A stretch of DNA of 64,000 nt from an uncultured Eubacteriales bacterium (GTDB lineage Bacteria > Bacillota > Clostridia > Oscillospirales > Acutalibacteraceae): the NCBI GenBank assembly GCA_900317025.1, contig ONFG01000004.1, forward strand, positions 20,454 to 84,453, given 5' to 3'. Below the pieces are notes generated by a model, which did not search any database, had not been told where the DNA came from, and saw nothing but the letters and a program-made list of their open reading frames with translations. This document shows, piece after piece, positions 59,261-64,000 of this stretch. Made by a program: the position numbers and the translations under genes. Numbering within the stretch: the stretch's first letter is position 1; the number at the start of each line of letters is the position of its first letter.

Positions 59261-60484
59261 ATGAGCAATTACTCTCACAGAGGATATGAGCACAGAACGG
59301 GCGGGTACGGCAGACGCCGCCATAAGGCCTCTGGCTTTAAGCGCAAAAGCGGCGGCGGTACGGCGGCTAAGGTCGCCGCGGTAACTGCGGTATCGATCGG
59401 CATTTTGGCGCTCGTTTACCTCTTTGCCGACAATATAATGCCCTTCGTCGATTCGATAAAAGGCGCGCAAGGGCCGACCCCCGACGTTCCCGTTTCCGCG
59501 GGGATAAAAGAGACAGCCGAGCAGCCGCCGGAACAGGCGCAGGGAAGCTTTGACTCCGTCGACGGCAGCGTCTTCGTGCAAAACGGCAGCGGCTATGTGC
59601 CGTTCAAGGGTATTGAAACGACCGCGAAAAATTATTCCGCGATCCTCAACAGCATATCTTCCTCGATGTCGGAAAGCGTGAATATCTACAGCGCCGTTAT
59701 CCCGACGAACGCGGAGTTCGGATTGAAGGGTGTGCTGTCGGGTAATGGTTCTCAGAGGGAGAATCTTGATATCATTGATTCGTCTCTTTCGGACAGGGTA
59801 AAGGTCATCGACGTTTACTCGGCACTCGAAGCGCAGAAAAATGACTACATATTCTACCGCACCGACGAGAGCATGACCTCGAAGGGCGCTTACTACGTCT
59901 ATAAAAAGATAGCCGAAACGGCAGGCTACGGCGAGAGGACGGTCTACTCGCTGAGTACTCTTTCCGAAAAAAGCGGCACGCTTTCGCCGTTTTACGGCTC
60001 GTTTGTAGAGCGCACGACCGACCCGAAAACGCAGCCCGAGGGCAATCCGGAGCTTGCAAAGAGCGCCGATACGATCGAGTATTACAAGCTGCCCGTTCAC
60101 TATAACTGCTACAGCGTAGACCCGAAAACAGGCGGAAAGGTAGAGACCGACCTCTTTAAGGAGAGCGCCGCGGCAGTGGATCTTCTGAAGATATTCCCCG
60201 CAAAGGACACGGCGCTGCTTGAGATAGAAAACGTTCAGGAGAGCGGCAGCAAAAAGCTCCTTATCGTCAAGGACCACTCGGCCGAACCTGTTATCGGCTA
60301 CCTTGTGCCGCATTACAGCGACGTTTACGTAGCCGACGTGTCGCTCTACAGCGGAAACCTCATGGAATACGTCAACGAGAATGAGATCACCGACGTTCTC
60401 ATAATCAACGGTATCGAAGACGCCAATAACTCACTTTACTGTCAGAGATTGAGGGATTTATTTGACCACAGTATATCAGATTAA
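59261..60484 (+). CDS. Membrane-anchored DHHW-family-like protein (AlgJ/AlgX-type SGNH-like fold) with degenerate DHHW motif
   Basis: 407 aa with a basic N-terminus and one TM. FYRTDESMTSKGAYYVYKKI sits where the family has YRTDHHWT..GAY.AY (memory-based). Confidence 0.7.
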   Translation: MSNYSHRGYEHRTGGYGRRRHKASGFKRKSGGGTAAKVAAVTAVSIGILALVYLFADNIMPFVDSIKGAQGPTPDVPVSAGIKETAEQPPEQAQGSFDSVDGSVFVQNGSGYVPFKGIETTAKNYSAILNSISSSMSESVNIYSAVIPTNAEFGLKGVLSGNGSQRENLDIIDSSLSDRVKVIDVYSALEAQKNDYIFYRTDESMTSKGAYYVYKKIAETAGYGERTVYSLSTLSEKSGTLSPFYGSFVERTTDPKTQPEGNPELAKSADTIEYYKLPVHYNCYSVDPKTGGKVETDLFKESAAAVDLLKIFPAKDTALLEIENVQESGSKKLLIVKDHSAEPVIGYLVPHYSDVYVADVSLYSGNLMEYVNENEITDVLIINGIEDANNSLYCQRLRDLFDHSISD

Positions 60485-61217
60485 CGGTTACAGAAACAAC
60501 AATTACATAGGCGGCGACAGTATGCTTGGTCGGAAGATTGAGGTAAAGGTCGTTTCATCGATACCGTACGCAGGGCTTTACAACGGATATTATATGTCGG
60601 GTACACGCCGAAAGAATATTTTCCTACTCTCCAAGGAGCGCCCGAGAGACCACGTTCGCTGTACGGTAATCGCGATCGCTCAGAGCAGAAACAGTACGCA
60701 GGTCAAGCTCATCGCTGCGCCGGAGGGTCAGATCTACTACGAGCCGCTTATCAAAAAGAGGCTCAAAAGGCTGCGCAATTTTCGCGTAGGCAGGATAAGC
60801 TGCCTTTACGAGAAGTCGTGCGGTGCGATCGTCTTCTACAGGGCGCCCGAGGAGCTTATGGTTCTGCTCGTCAAGAATAAAAACGGCCGTTACTGGTCGT
60901 TTCCGAAGGGACACGTTGAGCTTGGCGAGAACGAACGCCAGACGGCTATAAGAGAGATCAAGGAGGAGACTGACCTCGATGTCGTTATCCAGCCGGGCTT
61001 CCGCGAAACGAGTGATTACTGCCCGTTCGGTAAGGTGAGAAAGCGCGTTGTCTTCTTCCTTGCGGAGGCGAAGAGCGACGATGTACATATCCAGGAAAGC
61101 GAGATCGACTACTTTATCTGGGTGCCGTTCTCAAAGGCTCGATCCATGTGCAGCTATGACAACGATCTTCGCGTTATCGACAAGGCGGAGCGCTACCTTG
61201 GCGGGCAGACAAGCTGA
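60462..61217 (+). CDS. NUDIX hydrolase with an extra N-terminal domain of about 95 aa
   Basis: Nudix box GHVELGENERQTAIREIKEETDL. TTG 60462 has SD GAGGGA 5 nt upstream, and ATG 60522 is the alternative start. Confidence 0.85.
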   Translation: MTTVYQINGYRNNNYIGGDSMLGRKIEVKVVSSIPYAGLYNGYYMSGTRRKNIFLLSKERPRDHVRCTVIAIAQSRNSTQVKLIAAPEGQIYYEPLIKKRLKRLRNFRVGRISCLYEKSCGAIVFYRAPEELMVLLVKNKNGRYWSFPKGHVELGENERQTAIREIKEETDLDVVIQPGFRETSDYCPFGKVRKRVVFFLAEAKSDDVHIQESEIDYFIWVPFSKARSMCSYDNDLRVIDKAERYLGGQTS

Positions 61218-61225
61218 GGTGCGCC

Positions 61226-61867
61226 ATGAGTGAGAGAGGTCACAAGGAGCTTGCCGCCAAGGCGGTAGAAGCCCTAAAAAAGGAGTACCCGGGAGCGGTA
61301 TGCTCACTTATATATGATAAGCCGCACGAGCTGCTCATCGCCACACGCCTATCGGCGCAGTGTACCGACGCACGCGTGAACATGGTAACACCGGCGCTTT
61401 TTGAGCGCTATAAAACGCCGCAGGAGTTCGCCGAAGCGGACGTTTCGGACATCGAGAATTACATAAAAAGCTGCGGACTATACAAGACTAAGGCGAAGGA
61501 TATCGTAGAGATGTCGAGGCAGATATGCGAGGACTTCGGCGGCAGCGTTCCCGACACGATAGAGGGCTTGACCTCGCTTTCGGGCGTCGGGCGTAAGACG
61601 GCGAACCTCATTCTCGGTGACGTTTACGGCAAGCCCGCCGTCGTAGTCGACACTCACTGCATACGCATAACGTCGCGCCTCGGTTTTCACAATATAAAGG
61701 ATGCCGTGAAGATCGAAAAGATCCTTCGTGAGGCGCTCGATCCGAATGAGTCAAACGACTTCTGCCACCGCCTTGTGATCCACGGCAGAGCAGTCTGTAC
61801 GGCACGCTCACCGAAATGCGGGGAGTGCTGCATGAGTGAGTTTTGCAGGTTTGCGAAGAAACAATAA
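61226..61867 (+). CDS. nth: Endonuclease III
   Basis: 213 aa with the HhH motif LTSLSGVGRKTANLILG, a catalytic-region D and the [4Fe-4S] cluster loop CTARSPKCGECCMSEFC. Confidence 0.95.
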   Translation: MSERGHKELAAKAVEALKKEYPGAVCSLIYDKPHELLIATRLSAQCTDARVNMVTPALFERYKTPQEFAEADVSDIENYIKSCGLYKTKAKDIVEMSRQICEDFGGSVPDTIEGLTSLSGVGRKTANLILGDVYGKPAVVVDTHCIRITSRLGFHNIKDAVKIEKILREALDPNESNDFCHRLVIHGRAVCTARSPKCGECCMSEFCRFAKKQ

Positions 61868-61871
61868 AACC

Positions 61872-61903
61872 AAGGGTATGCAAAAATTGTTCTGCATACC
61901 CTT
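61872..61903. terminator. Bidirectional terminator between nth and the anti-sigma gene
   Basis: AAGGGTATGCA / TGCATACCCTT 11-bp stem. Confidence 0.75.
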
Positions 61904-61908
61904 ATGCA

Positions 61909-62913
61909 TTACTCATTATATACTGCGGTGAGGTCGCCTGCGGTGCGTGCTGTCAAGTCCTGACGAGAAACGCTGCCGGTCGGTGAGTCGGGCGTTTCGG
62001 TCGCTTGCGGCGTATATTTGACGTTTTCCTGCTTTTTGAAAAGTCCCTCCTTCCTCATATCATAAACTTCCGTTTTATCCTTATAAATTAGGGTTATCGT
62101 GTAGTTGAAGTCTTCTGACGGAGCAGCTTCGCAGTCTGCGTATGAGTAACCACCTGTGTAGCCGGATGCTTCAAAAACTCCTTTGAACGGAATTTCTCGA
62201 ATGTAAATATTTACATTCCATGTACTACTTTCTTTATTGAATGTATTTTGAGAAAAGGTGTTGACAGGTTTTCCGTCTTTTGTGGCAAGGTGAAATACCC
62301 ATTCTTGATTTAAATAAGAATCGTCACTGTATTGAAATTCCGTTATGACGTTGATATTATCGCTGTTTGGCGCATAGCCGTAAAAAAACAGCTTAAATCC
62401 GACCGTGACAAGCGAGAAAACGCAGAAAAGTGAAGCAAAGGATATAACTGCGGTTCGGCGAAATCTTTTGAGGGCGGATTTGTTTTCGGAAAAACGAATG
62501 TGCGAATAATAATGAAATGAGAGGATCCAGCCGAGCGTAACCGTCAGTATTGCCATAATATCGACAGAGGCAAATATCAATGTCTGAATGGCCGCCAAGC
62601 TGCCGCCGCCGGTGTAGATAGTCATAGACACCGTGATCCCGGCGATTATCAAAGCGACTATAATTACCAATGCGGCAGCGGTAATGACACGAAGCTGTTT
62701 TATGCTTAGGCGCTGTTTCATTTTGTGTATATTCTTTTTGTCGCTGTCCTTTTCGATAACGAGCGTGCTTTTCATCTGCGAAAGCTCCTCACGGCAGAAT
62801 TTGCACTCCTCCAGATGCTCCTCCACCAGTGCGCGGCTGTCGGAGCTTACGGCGTTGTCTGCGTAAAGCGGCAGCAGGTCGTTTATAACGCTGCACGTGA
62901 TCTTACTTTTCAT
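61909..62913 (-). CDS. Anti-sigma factor (zf-HC2 N-terminus, multi-TM, extracytoplasmic domain)
   Basis: ORF 61909..62931 with ATG 62913 after AAAGGAGA. It has the zinc-binding anti-sigma motif (C..V..LLPLY.D........V..HL..C..C) and sits directly downstream of the ECF sigma gene. Confidence 0.85.
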   Translation of the reverse strand: MKSKITCSVINDLLPLYADNAVSSDSRALVEEHLEECKFCREELSQMKSTLVIEKDSDKKNIHKMKQRLSIKQLRVITAAALVIIVALIIAGITVSMTIYTGGGSLAAIQTLIFASVDIMAILTVTLGWILSFHYYSHIRFSENKSALKRFRRTAVISFASLFCVFSLVTVGFKLFFYGYAPNSDNINVITEFQYSDDSYLNQEWVFHLATKDGKPVNTFSQNTFNKESSTWNVNIYIREIPFKGVFEASGYTGGYSYADCEAAPSEDFNYTITLIYKDKTEVYDMRKEGLFKKQENVKYTPQATETPDSPTGSVSRQDLTARTAGDLTAVYNE

Positions 62914-62927
62914 ATATAGATCTCCTT

Positions 62928-63413
62928 TCATTCTGATGTTTTCTCAATCCCTTCGATTATCATTTTCTTTGCGCGGAAGTAAGTGACCCGTGCCCAGCCT
63001 GCGCTCTTGCCGAATATTATGCCGATCTTTTCAAAGCTCAGCTCGCCGAACACCCGAAGATTAAAAACCTCTTTGTACGGTTCGGGCAGCTCATGCAGCA
63101 GCTTGTGCAGCGCCATCGCCTGCTCCTCGTTTTCAATGCGTTCTGTCAATATCACGTCAGAGACGGCGGCTTCCGGTGCGTCTTCAAGCGGAATATGCTT
63201 CTGTCGGCAATATGAGTAGTACGTATTCCGGGCAATCGTGAAAAGCCACGCTCTGATATCCTTTTTGCCGTCGAAGCTGTCAATGCTGTTAAGAGCCTTT
63301 ACAAACGTCTCCTGAGCGATCTCTTCCGATATGCTCTCATCACGGCACAGCGCACGCATATACAGGAAAACATCTTTGAAATACAGTCTGTATATCTCTT
63401 CAAAGCCGGACAC
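62928..63413 (-). CDS. ECF-type RNA polymerase sigma factor
   Basis: 161 aa with sigma-70 region 2 (ISEEIAQETFVKAL...WLFTIARNTYYSY) and region 4 (ELSFEKIGIIFGKSAGWARVTYFRAKKMI). Confidence 0.9.
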   Translation of the reverse strand: MSGFEEIYRLYFKDVFLYMRALCRDESISEEIAQETFVKALNSIDSFDGKKDIRAWLFTIARNTYYSYCRQKHIPLEDAPEAAVSDVILTERIENEEQAMALHKLLHELPEPYKEVFNLRVFGELSFEKIGIIFGKSAGWARVTYFRAKKMIIEGIEKTSE

Positions 63414-63656
63414 GGTATCACCTCCCCGGGGAAAATAATGAAAACTTAAAATTGCGGAAATGCTTCACGTTCTCTCATTGAGTGCCACTCATAATATTAA
63501 CTCATTCAAAAGGATAATGTTACAGTTTTTCCAAAAAAATCTTATTTCTGGTCTATAGGAACGTGGATTTTATGTATAAACATTTTAGATGATGCACAAA
63601 ATATCACTTAGGGCTTGTGCAGAATTCACAAAGATTACAAACTTTAACAAAAGTGG

Positions 63657-63684
63657 TTGCATTTCTGTAACTTTCTGTTATAAT
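63657..63684 (+). promoter_or_regulatory. Sigma-A type promoter (TTGCAT-16-TGtTATAAT)
   Basis: TTGCAT at 63657-63662 and an extended -10 TGTTATAAT ending at 63684. Confidence 0.55.
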
Positions 63685-63765
63685 ATATATAGTTAATTTT
63701 TACAGACGTGTAACAATTAAGTTCCGCAGGGTCACCTGTGGTCAGAAATTTAGGGGTTGTTTAGA

Positions 63766-64000
63766 ATGTCAGAATTTGAAAGAGATGATTTTGAGATCAC
63801 TCCCGAGCTGCTGGCAAATTTTGAGTCTGATGATAAGTACTGCGCATACGAAACAGACGAGAAGACGATCGAGCAGATAAGGGAGGAAAGATACCGCAGG
63901 CAGGAGCAGAGGCGGCTGAGAAGGAAGCGTGAGCTTCGCTCGACCATCATGAACTATTTCATGCCGACTGCGGCGCTCGTTCTGCTCGTGAGCACCGTTT
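63766..64000 (+). CDS. Hypothetical protein, truncated by the window edge (acidic/basic N-terminus followed by a TM helix)
   Basis: Not in the ORF track because it has no stop in the window. My translation from ATG 63766 is MSEFERDDFEITPELLANFESDDKYCAYETDEKTIEQIREERYRRQEQRRLRRKRELRSTIMNYFMPTAALVLLVSTV..., open to the window end. Confidence 0.65.
   Translation, partial: MSEFERDDFEITPELLANFESDDKYCAYETDEKTIEQIREERYRRQEQRRLRRKRELRSTIMNYFMPTAALVLLVSTV

Noticed and set aside
59096-60313. 405-aa minus-strand ORF overlapping the DHHW-like gene
   Set aside because: It is extremely Arg-rich, has no SD and starts inside the upstream promoter region. The plus-strand frame has a promoter, an SD, a TM anchor and a family-like motif.
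63414-63560. ECF-type promoter (GGAAC-N16-CGT) upstream of the sigma/anti-sigma operon
   Set aside because: I found only weak candidates (for example TGTAAC...GTTAAT on the minus strand), which are not good enough to report as a feature.

Overview
This window looks like the chromosomal replication-origin region of a spore-forming Firmicute. My guess is Clostridia, Oscillospiraceae-like, at roughly 50% GC; that placement is inference only. The conserved block dnaA-dnaN-yaaA-recF-remB-gyrB-gyrA runs leftward on the minus strand (about 30.2 kb down to 17.3 kb). The block rpmH-rnpA-yidD-yidC-jag-mnmE-mnmG-rsmG-noc-soj-spo0J-serS runs rightward on the plus strand (30.7-44 kb). The strand switch, two perfect parS sites and DnaA-box-like sites place oriC at about 28.4-30.7 kb. 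The rest is mostly housekeeping: hisS, prmA, mgsA, maf, fba, secA, mreBCD-PBP2, nth, an ECF sigma/anti-sigma pair and a SleB-type hydrolase. I saw no rRNA or tRNA genes, CRISPR array, transposase, integrase or recognisable defence gene. The non-standard content is as follows. (1) Two tandem zinc-ribbon/2-TM paralogs sit between remB and gyrB, one with a cytoplasmic polyacidic plus ER/K-rich tail of about 850 aa. (2) A 55-58 nt hairpin module with an identical 20-nt core is present twice before hisS and once (plus decayed copies) before gyrB, always ending at the ribosome-binding site. (3) An XRE-HTH gene is paired with a 1214-aa DUF2339-like membrane protein, and this pair is bracketed by inverted paralogs. 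(4) There are several paralogous membrane proteins with Q/G/Y/P-rich low-complexity segments. (5) A small ORF is translationally nested between mreB and mreC. (6) A DHHW-like protein has a degenerate catalytic motif. All homology statements come from motif recognition by eye; no database search was run.
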